NCBI GenBank assembly: GCA_964016885.1
Contig: OZ024746.1
Span: 67,146,001 to 67,210,000 of the forward strand
Source of the DNA: Eledone cirrhosa
Taxonomy: Eukaryota
Reading direction: 5' to 3'
DNA length: 64,000 bases
The notes under the pieces were generated by a model. It ran no database searches. It saw nothing but the letters and a program-made list of their open reading frames with translations, and was not told where the DNA came from. This document shows, one piece after another, positions 40,461 through 54,056 of this stretch. The stretch's first letter is position 1, and every line of letters starts with the position of its first letter. The position numbers and the translations under genes were made by a program.

Positions 40461-43400
40461 TATACAAGCAGATATGTCTATGTGTGTCTTTAAATAAAAA
40501 GCAATATTTATACAACTCAAAATTATGAAACTATTGGTTATTGATAGTATCAAATTTGACGATGTGAAATTCCCTTTCAAAGTTATTTTAGGATTAGCGT
40601 TAATGTGAAGTATGTTAAATGTGGGAGACACCGAACGAAAGCCATAGTAATATTTAGCATAGTTCTTCTAAGTCTTAGTAATTCTATAATATACTTACGT
40701 TTATAGCACTACGGTATCTAGGAGATAATCGATATATATTATATATATACATTTATATACATATTTTGTCATATATATATATATATATTATTCAATCCCA
40801 TTGATTACATAAGCTTCTGTGCAAAGTTGGCCTTATGCCTATCTAATATAATTCAATATTACTTTCCAACAGTTACTTAAAGTTATAATGAAATATATTT
40901 TGTACATTGGACTCGCATCTTCATTATCATAACTGAGGATTTCAAATTTACTTTCTGACTACATTGATCATGATATGAATAAATGAGGATAGCTTCGACA
41001 GTGTATAATATAAATATCTTTCAAATGAGTGAAACATTATATGAAACATCACGTTGTGGGATAAGGAAAAAATACATATCTGAAAAATATTGAGACATAA
41101 CAGGATTATGTTATTTGACGAAAATCTAACATGATCTCATGATGCAAAAATTGGAACCGAGTATTGAATATAAATTGTCAATGTGTAACTTTTACATCAT
41201 AAACTTGCATAGTTTTGCTATTCAAATACGAACATTTACCGGAAATGTGTGTAACTTAAATCTAAATATTTGGAATTTTGGCAGGAGAGCTGATATCTTG
41301 TCTGTAATTTCTGATCCGTGTGACGTTGACAAACATTGCAAATTGAAGAGGAAAACTGGTTTTATCTGGTGCTATTCTCGACATATAATGAATTTATCGC
41401 ATGAAAATCGGTCAGCAATTATAAAAATGTTTGCCATTTTATTTGGATTCCAATTTCTGTCAGTGAAAATGTTTATCCACTACATTTCACACAACAAATT
41501 TCTGACGTTAATTTTAGAATTTTCCAAAATAATTTTCTATTCTCTCTTCTTGTAAATTCCTGATATTATGAAATTGGAAATTGATTAATATTGAATTTAT
41601 TTTCAATTCTGATAAAGTATCGGCTACTCACTAATAGATACTAGTCGATCTAGAGTGGTAGAAATATGGCGTGGCATTGACTCCAGTGAAACCTCCCTAA
41701 TTAGTTCGATTGGGATGGAGATGGTCTTCCGTTTGAATCAACCTATTGCGAAGGAGTGACTAATCTGGCACACATCCTTCCTCAGAGTTCTGAGTAAAAC
41801 ATTCGTCATTTTGTCTACTGCTATCATAAAACATTTGCCTGGGACTTTTCGATGTTCATTGTGTCTTGTATGCAACAAAATATAAATGTATCAGAAAACA
41901 TATTTCAACGAAAGAAAATAATAAATAATAAATATAAAAAAATAAATGACTCTGTTGTTTAGTAGACGTTAAACAACCGACATACTCTTTTAATTTATCT
42001 CACTATTATCTTACCAGGATTTTTATTATTTTTAGTATAATGACGTCTTATTTAGTAGTAGGACGCCCTAATATTTTCATAACATGTTCGTTTTGAGTGG
42101 CTTGTGGTGGAGGGCTTTGCATTAGCATCTTGTGAACATATAGAAAACCTACAAGTGGGTTGTACTTGCATGGCCAATATAACCGATGTATTCATAAAGT
42201 TTACAACTTCTATTTTGCCCATCGAACTTACATATTACATTGGTTATTTATAGTTTATCCCGTGATTGCTAAGCCTGTGGTTTGATGTTGATAAGGCAGG
42301 TGTTGATTTTAGCCCTTTTATGTTAATGTTAGTTCCGTTTTATTTACACTTGTTCGTCTGATCTATAATTTGTAAGTTTCCGATCCACCCAGTAGACTTT
42401 GTGTGCGACTTGTGTGTTGTAAATGGCCGTAATGTCTGATACATGTGTTACATTGTATTTATGCCCATCTTAATATGTACTCCGGTCAGCTCAACTGCAA
42501 AAATCTTCGTGTAATTAGTGATAACTGTATAGATTTGGAGTTTTATATTCAGTATGTTATTTTTCAAAGAGTATATAATGATTCTTCTATGTATGGACTT
42601 TACAATAGAAACTTTGTAGCTTTGAGGATATCCGAAGCTTCCGTGTAGGTATATACATGTTTGTGTTTCTGGTGTACACAAACCTAATATAATGTTTTGG
42701 GCTTGTTTAAGCCAAGTGATTCTGTTTCGATTGTTAGAGCTAATTTCTGTTGTTTTTTTAAGTTTCAGTACTTCATACAATGCATCAATTAAAGTATATA
42801 GTCAACGCATTTGCGTTTTATATTGTGGCATGGTATTACATGTCTTCCCATATTATTTTTTAAATTGTTACATGTCTTCCCATATTATTTTTTAAATTGT
42901 TTTATGGAAAATTACATAATCGGAGTAATGGATTTGCCATGTCTTCTTCCTTGGGATTCATGTTCAAAACATTCTATGTAACCCCAATAGAAAACAAAGT
43001 AGTAGCACAATATAAACATAAAATATATACCAGGCATTTTCATAAATATCAGGACTTGTAACAAGGAAATAAGAACATCTTCACGAACTAGATGTATGCC
43101 GTGAATGCTTGCAATACAGTGAAATCCATTAAAAGAACACAAGAGTCAGACTGTGGTGTTAAACCACCAACAGATTAGTCTTTCAAGTAAGCCACAACAA
43201 GAATTTAAAATAAAACGCAAACAGGAATACATATCGCCAAGCAAAACACCTCCTCCGAAGATCTTATCTATTCCATCAATCCAGCTGACCAGTTAATACA
43301 CTCGCCCTGCATCTGATATAAGCAGGTCTCAATTCCTTACATGTCATTCTGTCCAAGACGGCTCCATCTTCAGAGCTACGTTATACAATTCCTTCTAATA

Positions 43401-43529
43401 TTCATAGGTATCGTCTTATTAAAGTCATCTGCATTGGAACAACTACAAATTTCAAATTTTCCCAGTGATTTTAAGTCAACCGGTTGTCTATGTACACACA
43501 CACACACATATATATGTATGTATGAAGTG

Positions 43530-43789
43530 TAAGGTTTGTCTTAAGCCAGATTACTCATTTGGACGGTGCTTATCCCGATTTCATGGCGTGATGAGACTGA
43601 GAGTACAAGACTCCCCCCTGAACAGGACGCCAGTCCATCGCAGGGTTAAGCCTCCAGCTATTGCTGGTACTCAATTTCAGATGAGCATACTGGACCAACG
43701 TGGAATGAAGTGTTTTGCTCAAAACACAACACGCAACCTAGGAATCAAACCCACGACATTATGATCGTAAGTCCAACGCCCTTACCCCT

Positions 43790-43795
<6 letters not shown>
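43530..43795 (-). mobile_element. tRNA-derived SINE, family S3
   Basis: Reverse strand gives a tRNA head (GTAAGGGCGTTGGAC..GGTTTGATTCC), TTGTGTTTTGAGCAAAACACTT and a conserved CCTGCGATGGACTGGCGTCC domain. Confidence 0.75.
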
Positions 43796-43852
<57 letters not shown>

Positions 43853-44120
43853 GGGGAGAGAGAGAGAGAGAAAGAGAGAGATAGAGAGAGAGAAAGAGAG
43901 CGATATATATATATATATATATATATTTTTATATATATATATATATACAACAGGTGGTGATATGCATGTAAGTAAATATTCTCTTTATCTGATATTTTGT
44001 AACTAACCTTACATAGATCGATAACGAAGTATAGTTACGATGTATTATCATCACCTAGAAACGATCGTGAAGCAGTGAAGTATATTTCTAATGACTTGAT
44101 TTTTTATTGCATTGTTTTAA

Positions 44121-44188
<68 letters not shown>

Positions 44189-45292
44189 TATACACATAAA
44201 TATTCTTACACACATACTTACATATGTGTGGGCGTGCGTGAGCATATGTATATGATTGGATTGCGTGCGTGTGTGTTTGTGGTTGTGTCTGACTGTGTTT
44301 GTTGACATTACAGCGACAAAACCGAAATCATCATTCAGTTTTGAAGTATCAGAGTAACTAATTATTGAATAAATACACTAAAACATCATCTCCACTGTTA
44401 AATTCCTTTACAAATGTATGTTCTATCTGATTCGAAATACATTACAATAATCAAATAAATTATATTTACATACAAATGTCTTTTTTCTTTCCTGAAACAA
44501 CATCATGTTTATTAAATAAATTCATGAACGATTAAATAAATAAATAAGTAAATAAATAAATAAATAAATAAATAAATACGTGGGTGTATGATTGTCTGTG
44601 ATTCAGATTTTGCCAGTCGTTTTAATCAATTATAACTTTTAATCATATATGTGGGTTTTGAAATTTATTAGCCCAATCATTCATATGACGCAAGTAAACT
44701 GTAAATCCGGTTTGTGAGTCAGATATGTATGGCATAAATGCGATAATAACAAATAAATCAATTCTTAAATGCTAAGAAGTAGGTTAATCTAATAAGTTGC
44801 AAAGTGAGTGTAAAAAATTATTGTATTGCATGAACTTTACATGAAGCAACAAATCAGATAATCAAAAGCTAGATGTGATGATAGTATATTTCCGAGTATT
44901 TAATCCATTTCATTTTATCGTAAATTTGATGATGCAACGATATAGATTCAAAGTGAAAAAAAAAATGTATAAGTTGTTTAAAGGATAAAATGCGGAGCTC
45001 AATATCAAATAGTATATACTTTCGATACACATCCGGTAAAAGATCTGCAAGACTCATCCCCCCCCCTCTTCATTGACGGAGAAGATATAGTTCGCTTCGA
45101 AAGCTCGTGGTTGTGTTGCATGGCGTGACACCTTGAGCAAGTGTTCCTGCTGTAGTATCAAGTTTACAAAAAGCATTATGTGTTGAATCTGAAAGAGAGA
45201 CATTTCCTAGAAATCTTTTATAAAGGTGTGTTTATGTGTTTGCGTATTTTAACGAAGTAAATTCGATTCGTGCCCCTTTACGCTAAAATATA

Positions 45293-45435
45293 ATTGTTTC
45301 TACTATTGGCACAAGGCCTGCAAGTATCCCAGTGTATTACTGGTACTTTATTTTATCGACCCCGTAAGGATGAAAGGCAAAGTTAACCTCGGCGGGATTT
45401 GAACTCAGTCCGTAAAGGGACGTAACTGTGCTGCA
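45293..45435 (-). mobile_element. SINE S1, 5'-truncated
   Basis: Reverse complement of the S1 body and tail. Confidence 0.8.
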
Positions 45436-46719
45436 ATATAAATACTGATACATTATAAATACTGATTGATAAATAACTACAGTGTATTTACAGGGATTAA
45501 TATGATCGGCTGAAAAAACACAGAGACACAGACACACACACACACACAGACACACAAACACACACACACGCACACACACACATTTAAGACCGGGTCCCTA
45601 CATGGACGCTGAATAATGATTTAAATCAGTATAGGTCTAAACCAATTGTCGACAATATTTTGTTTTCCAATGCCGCCGTGTGTGATCTTCGGCGGCGATT
45701 AATATAACCACGCGATAAAGAAAGATTGTGCACAAGCTTATATGTTCGTCAGAACCTCTTAAAAATGATGCACTTCCATGGTCACTGTTCAATGCCTGAA
45801 AGAAGACAAAGAATAAAATATGTGAATATGTCTGGAAGGGGATATCTGTACATATTTGTGTATGTAACTAATCGAAGTAAAATATGCATATGTGATGCAT
45901 AAATATTCGTTAAATTATTCATGTACCTTTGCATCCGCGTATCATACTTTATATATATTATTTGTAAAATAAACTTTTGATTCACCACAGTCCATTGTGT
46001 TGTAAATATGAAATATTATCACGCATTTATTTCAAATGGCAACCTACATCCTAAAACAAAGGAGATACAAGTAAATATTTTAATAACCACAAGGTATGTC
46101 TGTGTTTATAAGTCAACATGAATAAATCAAATTGTTTCGGGTAGAAATTAATTCCCAGAGTAACTAAGGTATATTTAGAGCTTCATTCAATATTCTAACA
46201 CTCACAGTGATATAAGTTCTATATAATATATAACATAATGCATATACACATTTTTTAAAGGCAGCGCAAAGTCTACGTTTATAATACAAATGAAAGTCAC
46301 CCAAACGTAAAAAATAATAGGCGATCCCTACAAACAATATGTGGGTTTGCGTGTGTATGCACATATATAAGCATGTGTGTGTATATATATATATGTCTGT
46401 CTGTGTTTGTATTTCTTAGTCTATTGTCTATAGATATATATAACCAATACATGCTCATACATATACATATTAGAGAGTTAAATGGAAGTATTATGAAGAA
46501 TGATAATATCTACTATCCCTTCATATAACTGTTGATTGAAAGATCCTCAGAATTGTTATCTTTTACTGAATAGTATTAACATGTTCCTACTTGGGCTATC
46601 GCACACACACCCACGCACGCACACGCATACATATTCGGTTCTTATATATTTGATATATATTTATCCCTATCGAGCCCTCTTTGGATTTTAGTCTTCAAAT
46701 TTATTATTATTCCTATTGT

Positions 46720-46751
<32 letters not shown>

Positions 46752-46869
46752 CATACTTCTATTCATATAAATATATCGATATATCTATACACATACAAAG
46801 ATACACACGCACACATCTATATATATATATATATATACATACATATATATACACACACATATATATATA

Positions 46870-46973
<104 letters not shown>

Positions 46974-48698
46974 CATACATGTAAAGTTATATTTAAAATT
47001 GTTGGGTTACAACTAGTAAATATTTATAACTGATATAAAAGCACTCGACAAATATTTGGAGTATATTTACAATATTAAATAAATGGAAAACTATATTTAT
47101 AAAACCATATTTATTTCATTATATATATTTCGGGGATATCATATTAACAATATGCTATGCCTTCATCAGACAAAATACAATATAAACAGTTTTATAGATA
47201 AATAGATTCGTCATACCGTAATAACACCGACTTCATTTGAAGAGGTTTACGCTGGCAGTGAAAAAATTTTATACAGAGAGAAAGAAAGAGAGAAAAAAGA
47301 AAGAAAGACAAAACGAAGAAAAGGAAGAAAAAGAAGAAAAAGACAAAGAAGAAATGCATGGAACAAAATAGAGAGATGGAAAGATAGATAAAGCGAAGAA
47401 CTTCATGTAAAGAAACAGAAAGAGACATATATATATAGAGAGAGAGGAAATAGAGATAGATACATATATATATAGAAAATTAGGTAGTGGGAGGTCATTT
47501 TGAGTAAATGTATCAATGATACATTTATTTATTTATTTATTTAGCTCAGATAATGTAAGGGAGATATATAGAGAGAAGAAAATATAGAGAGAGGAAAAAA
47601 TAGCGAGAGAAAAAAATTTAAAAATAGCCAGACATATTCGAGGCGCAAAAACCCTATGTTTTAATGTATTAGTATTTATAAAACTTACACTATATTGTAA
47701 ATATCAGTATTCCTGAATGAGACACGTATCCATAATGTGTGAAAATTAATTATCTTATGTTTAGTTTTAAAAAATTCATATGTTTATGTGACAGCTACAA
47801 ACATCCATGCGAATCCAAATGATTCACTCTGCAAACTCTAAGTTCACGGAAAACATTCTCAATGTGGTATAAAAATTTGAGCGTATTATTATTCCTGTCA
47901 TTACTCTACAAGATTATCTATCAAGCAGAAATAGAGAGCAGATTTCAATATACTAATAAAAATATATATTATAAACAAAACTAAAAATAAAAAGATAACA
48001 ATAATAATAATAAGTAAAAATATAGAATAGAAAATTTAAAAAAATATTACGAAAGAATATTACATAATAAAAATATTACATATTAAAAATACTACGTATT
48101 AAAAAATATTACGTATTAAAAATTTACATATTAAAGATATAAAATAAAAAAAAAAAAATAAAAAAAAAAAAATAAAAAATAAAAATATTATAGAATACTA
48201 CAATAATAAAAAAATTAAAAAAAAAAAAAAAAAATTAAAAATAAAAATAAAAATAAAAATAAAAATAAAAATAAAAATAAAAATAAAAATAAAAATAAAA
48301 ATAAAAATAAAAATAAAAATAAATAAAAATAAAAATAAACCACAAAGAACAACCCTTCAAAGTTAATTGACAATATATTGCCAAGTTCATTACAAGACAA
48401 AGCCAAAAATTATCTATCAAATCACATCTAGCAAAGATCATTTCAAAAAGATTATGATGTCCAATTAGGTCTATATATGTTCTTATATTTAATATAGAAG
48501 TTTATCTAGTGTAAGGTTAATTCAAAAAAAATTTGGAGCATCAGCTTTTAGGGTAGTTTAATTTTTCATGAGGAATGTTTAGATAAAAATAAAATAAAAA
48601 TAAACAATAAAAAAGAGTAAAAAGAGGGAATCAAAGATTTAGGAATCAAAAAATTTATCGGATAGTTTCCCATATAAATATAAATCAAACTAAATATA

Positions 48699-49800
48699 CT
48701 ACATTTTAAATTTAAATTTATATTTAAACGTTGAGTTTAATCTATGTTTGCAACAACTGAATAAATTTGTCCGTAGGTTAAGGGAATTTTTAGATTTTAG
48801 TATAAAGAATATCTCCTCTGCGCAGAGGTCACATGTCTCAGAGGATGAATTAAAAGGAATCCCTCTTGAGACTATATTCCAAGCCGTCGAATATCTAACG
48901 TTATCTAGCTTAAGTTGCCAGAGTACGCCTGATAGTGCCGTTGAAGATTTTTTACTTGGATCTGTGAAAGAATTCTTGTGGTTATTATAGCGAATTTTAA
49001 ATTCCGTCGATGTGGAACCGACGTAGTTAAAAGAATTAGAGTCAGTATTAACATTACAATTGTATACTATATTTTTAACTAAGCAGTTGTTATTTAACGG
49101 ACATTTAGATCTATCTCTACAGTTACATTTGTTAACTTGTATATTATTTATGCTATTATCAGTAGGTTTTAAGTTCCTATTATTTATTCTATTAATATTT
49201 TGTGCTAAATTTTTGGTGGATGAGTAGGTTAATTTAATTGTATGCCTATTGAAAATTGAGTGATACCTATGTGTTCTAGGGAAGCGATTAACAAGAGCTT
49301 TGAAAAATAGTTTAGCGATGTGGGTTTTAATGTTTAGTGAGAAAGGGGGGGCAAACCAAATTATGTTCCTAGTTCTATTTCTTTTTTGGCCTTTGGAATT
49401 ATTGTAATGCTTTCTATTATAGTTGTTAAGGTTGTTGCCGTAATTAAAAAAGTTGTTACTTTGTTTAGTTTGTCTATCATTATCTATGTACACAATCTTA
49501 TCAGCATATCCTGCTCTAGCTAATGCTTCATTATAGTATTGCGCTTTTTCGTCGAAAATCTTTCTATTCGACGAGATCCTAGAGATACGCTTTTGAACAG
49601 AGTTTACTATAGTGTTTTTGACAGATGTGGGGTGGTTAGAGTTAAAGTTGACATAGTTTAAGTTTTCATTCAACTTGTGCAAAGGATAGTGAAGACATGT
49701 GTTGAGATTTAATGTTATATCTAGGAAATTGACTATTCTATGGTTGTTCTCAATTTCTATTTTAAGATTAAAGTAATTAAAAATTATATATATTCCAATT
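48699..49800 (-). pseudogene. PLE ORF fragment: end of RT (VNFLDITL), thumb, CxCx5C linker and GIY-YIG
   Basis: Frame is open upstream of the listed ORF (LKIEIENNHRIVNFLDITLNL). Motifs SNHP, IWFAPPFS, IFNRHTIKLTYS, CNCRDRSKCPL, IVYNC..YVGST..FKIRYNNHKNSF, CDLCAEE, LNLR..CCKH. Confidence 0.9.
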
Positions 49801-51010
49801 TTTTTATTTTTTATTTTTTTATTATTGTAGTATTCTATATTTTTATTTTTTATTTTTTATTTTTTATTTTTTATTTTTTATTTTTTATTTTTTATTTTTT
49901 ATTTTTTATTTTTTATTTTTTATTTTTTATTTTTTATTTTTTATTTTTTATTTTTTATTTTTTATTTTTTATTTTTTATTTTTTATTTTTTATTTTTTAT
50001 TTTTTATTTTTTTATTTTTTATTTTTTATTTTATTTTTAATATCTTTAATATGTAAATTTTTAATACGTAATATTTTTTAATACGTAGTATTTTTAATAT
50101 GTAATATTTTTATTATGTAATATTCTTTCGTAATATTTTTTTAGTTTTCTATTCTATATTTTTACTTATTATTATTATTGTTATCTTTTTATTTTTAGTT
50201 TTGTTTATAATATATATTTTTATTAGTATATTGAAATCTGCTCTCTATTTCTGCTTGATAGATAATCTTGTAGAGTAATGACAGGAATAATAATACGCTC
50301 AAATTTTTATACCACATTAGGAATGTTTTCCGTGAACTTAGAGTTTGCAGAGTGAATCAGTTGGATTCGCATGGATGTTTGTAGCTGTCACATAAACATA
50401 TGAATTTTTTAAAACTAAACATAAGATAATTAATTTTCACACATTATGGATACTTGTCTCATTCAGGAATACTGATATTTACAATATAGTGTAAGTTTTA
50501 TAAATACTAATACATTAAAACATAGGGTTTTTGCGCCTCGAATATGTCTGGCTATTTTTAAATTTTTTTCTCTCGCTATTTTTTCCTCTCTCTATATTTT
50601 CTTCTCTCTATATATCTCCCTTACATTAATACCTGAGCTAAATAAATAAATAAATAAATAAATGTATCATTGATACATTTACTCAAAATGACCTCCCACT
50701 ACCTAATTTTCTATATATATATGTATCTATCTCTATTTCCTCTCTCTCTATATATATATGTCTCTTTCTGTTTCGTTACATGAAGTTCTTCGCTTTATCT
50801 ATCTTTCCATCTCTCTATTTTGTTCCATGCATTTCTTCTTTGTCTTTTTCTTCTTTTTCTTCCTTTTCTTCGTTTTGTCTTTCTTTCTTTTTTCTCTCTT
50901 TCTTTCTCTCTGTATAAAATTTTTTCACTGCCAGCGTAAACCTCTTCAAATGAAGTCGGTGTTATTACGGTATGTCGAATCTATTTATCTATAAAACTGT
51001 TTATATTGTA

Positions 51011-51072
51011 TTTTGTCTGATGAAGGCATAGCATATTGTTAATATGATATCCCCGAAATATATATAATGAAA
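51011..51072 (+). ncRNA. Type I hammerhead ribozyme (family B 3' end; mirror copy at ~47114-47175 on -)
   Basis: TTTTGT CTGATGA agg..CATATT-gtt-AATATG..cccc GAAA TATATA TA ATGAAA. Confidence 0.7.
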
Positions 51073-51127
51073 TAAATATGGTTTTATAAATATAGTTTTC
51101 CATTTATTTAATATTGTATATATATAC

Positions 51128-51250
<123 letters not shown>

Positions 51251-51366
51251 TATATGTATGTATATATGCATATCTATATGTATGTATGTAGATCTATATA
51301 GATGTGTGTGTCTGTGTGTCTTTGTATGTGTTTCGATATATAGATATATTTATATGAATAGAAGTT

Positions 51367-51410
<44 letters not shown>

Positions 51411-51417
<7 letters not shown>

Positions 51418-52614
51418 TTGGAATAAATGCTCTGAAATAGCGATATATATGTGAAGATAGACATAGAATATTCTATAAGTCTCTAGCTGTGTCATTCTCG
51501 ATAAAAGCACTGGATATGTAATCCTGAAGATTTCTAATAAGAATGAAACGCGTAGGTTACTTCCCTTGCTTTTATCGAGAATCTAATTGTAATACGTGAC
51601 GTATTCTATTCTATAGCGATTAGGTCTTCAAAATGTTTATTATAAACATACAGAATATTCTCGAATATTCTATGTCTATCTTCACATATATATCGCTATT
51701 TCAGAGCATTTATTCCAATTTCTAATTTCTGCCGGACCGGCAACCGCTCTTTCAAACCAGTTCCTGTACACAGCTAAGTATTCTATAAGTCTCTGGCTGT
51801 GTCATTCTCGATAAAAGCACTGGATATGTAATCCTGAAGATTTCTAATAAGAATGAAACGCGTAGGTTACTTCCCTTGCTTTTATCGAGAATCTAATTGT
51901 AATACGTGACGTATTCTAGTCTATAGTGATTAGGTCTTCAAAATGTTTATTATAAACATACAGAATATTTTCGAATATTCTATGTCTATCTTCACATATA
52001 TATCGCTATTTCAGAGCATTTATTCCAATTTCTAATTTCTGCCGGACCGGCAACCGCTCTTTCAAACCAGTTCCTGTACACAGCTAAGTATTCTATAAGT
52101 CTCTAGCTGTGTCATTCTCGATAAAAGCACTGGATATGTAATCCTGAAGATTTCTAATAAGAATGAAACGCGTAGGTTACTTCCCTTGCTTTTATCGAGA
52201 ATCTAATTGTAATACGTGACGTATTCTATTCTATAGCGATTAGGTCTTCAAAATGTTTATTATAAACATACAGAATATTCTCGAATATTCTATGTCTATC
52301 TTCACATATATATCGCTATTTCAGAGCATTTATTCCAATTTCTAATTTCTGCCGGACCGGCAACCGCTCTTTCAAACCAGTTCCTGTACACAGCTAAGTA
52401 TTCTATAAGTCTCTAGCTGTGTCATTCTCGATAAAAGCACTGGATATGTAATCCTGAAGATTTCTAATAAGAATGAAACGCGTAGGTTACTTCCCTTGCT
52501 TTTATCGAGAATCTAATTGTAATACGTGACGTATTCTATTCTATAGCGATTAGGTCTTCAAAATGTTTATTATAAACATACAGAATATTTTCGAATATTC
52601 TATGTCTATCTTCA
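51411..52614 (+). mobile_element. Non-LTR retrozyme-like tandem array: ~3.7 x 310-bp units, four hammerheads, 5' inverted segment
   Basis: CTGAAGA at 51524, 51834, 52144 and 52454 (period 310). Units differ by only a few substitutions. 51411-51473 is an inverted piece of the unit. No ORF; (TA)n on both sides. Confidence 0.88.
51518..51560 (+). ncRNA. Minimal type I hammerhead ribozyme (repeated at 51828-51870, 52138-52180, 52448-52490)
   Basis: GTAATC CTGAAGA tTTCT-aata-AGAAt GAAA CGCG TA GGTTAC. Palindromic stem III ACGCGT; predicted cleavage after GUA (51554). Confidence 0.9.
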
Positions 52615-52619
52615 TATAT

Positions 52620-54050
52620 ATATATATATTTATTAAAATAACAGATTAAAGTTTAAGCAAAGAATCGCTGCTTTCACCCTTAACGGGATCTTCTGAAACT
52701 AACAAAGTCAATCTGTAAACGCAGAACTGTATATTTCAAAAAACTTTGCAACCGGAGTTCGGCTTGTAAACATAAATTGCACAAAACTTTCCTGTATTAC
52801 AGCCCCACATTATACCCTAACGGATAGTACGATCTATACGTGGAAATTTTACGTCTCGATGTGGGAGCTAAGTATATGTTTTGTTTATACCTTTACTTAT
52901 TTGCATAGGTAAGTATATGTTATCCGTATGTTTTGTGAAGCTACTTATACCTTCTCGTACGTATATTTGATTGTTATGGCGTATAATTTTTTTTTATATA
53001 TTCTGGTACATATGGTTCGACTATGTGTATACGGGAGTTTTGCGTCTGTGTGAGTATGCAGGTTCGTACGTATGTAGGGCGTGTGTATATGTGTACTTCA
53101 TGTTTTGGTTGACTTACGTCTCCGAACATTCGTGTATTTACATGTAGGTATGAGTGTGCGCTTGTTATATACGTATTTATTTATTTATATACGTTTATAT
53201 AATTATTTATTTATTTGTATACACGCTTACACACACACATATTTATATGTGCGTGGTTTTGTTTACCTATGGTAAGTTTTTGCGTATGCTTGTGTATGTA
53301 AGTTTCTGTTTGCGTGTATGTTTTTATTTATTTCTATTACTTCTGTATTGTATTTATTTACTTTGTTCTTAACTCCGTAGCGGAAATTCATTCGGTCTCC
53401 TAGTTAGAATTTAGTCTACGACTTCTGCTATACCATTTACGTGGTTTTGTCTTTGCGTGCTATTGTTCTCAACGCTCCACATATGACGTATTATCTTCGT
53501 TTTTTTCGTTCATCGCCATAGAACGTCTCTATGCACCACCCAAGAGAACATTAGTCTACGAACTCTATTATACTATAAACGTGGTTCTGTCTTTGCGCGT
53601 ATTGTTTTTCACCGCTCCTATTAATGACGTATTATATTCGTTTTTTGCGTGTATGGTTAACTTTGCCTTTCATCCTTAGGGGGTCGATAAAATAAAGTGC
53701 CAGTAATACACTGGGATAATTGCTGGCCTTGTGCCAAAAGTAGAAACAATTATATTCGTTTTTTCCCGTTCTTAACCAGCGAACGTTTCCACGAACCAAA
53801 GTATCGTCTTCCTGTCTTCCTCCGGTTGCAACGTTTTTTGAAATATCCAGTTCTGCGTTTACAGATTGACTTTGTTAGTTTCAGAAGATCCCGTTATGGG
53901 TGAAAGCAGCGATTCTTTGCTTAAACTTTAATCTGTTATTTTAATAAATATTTGCTCTACGGTTCTCATATATTTGATATATATTTATCCTTATCGAACC
54001 CTCTTTGGATTTTAGTCTTCAAATTTATTATTATTACTATTATTATTAAT
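52620..54050 (+). mobile_element. PLE family C 3' region with inverted pLTR
   Basis: 52620-52757 is an inverted copy of 53820-53947. From 52759 the sequence matches the end of the family C ORF (SACKHKLHK) and its 3' UTR. A SINE S1 fragment is inserted at 53655-53752. Confidence 0.85.
53877..53927 (+). ncRNA. Type I hammerhead-like motif with U4>A core
   Basis: AGTTT CAGAAGA tCCC-gttat-GGGt GAAA GCA-gcgattctt-TGC TT AAACT. Same core in the copies at ~30131-30180 and ~52650-52700 (-). Confidence 0.6.
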
Positions 54051-54056
54051 ATATAT

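Larger units (their letters stand above)
46981..51116 (-). mobile_element. Penelope-like element family B (probably Hydra clade), 5'-truncated with a ~1.1-1.3-kb inverted 3' UTR
   Basis: ORF at ~48699-49800; 3' UTR 46981-48698. 49800-51116 is an inverted near-identical copy of 47070-48215. HHR in both arms; (TA)n on both flanks. Confidence 0.92.

Noticed and set aside
42150-43000. Possible ancient minus-strand PLE GIY-YIG relic (LCTPETQTCIYLHG; IFAVELTGVHIKMG)
   Set aside because: Only a vague resemblance, too decayed to support without an HMM search.
51411-52614. Regular repeat array as CRISPR or satellite DNA
   Set aside because: There are no unique spacers and the context is eukaryotic. 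A hammerhead in each unit and the inverted start fit a retrozyme or pLTR array better.
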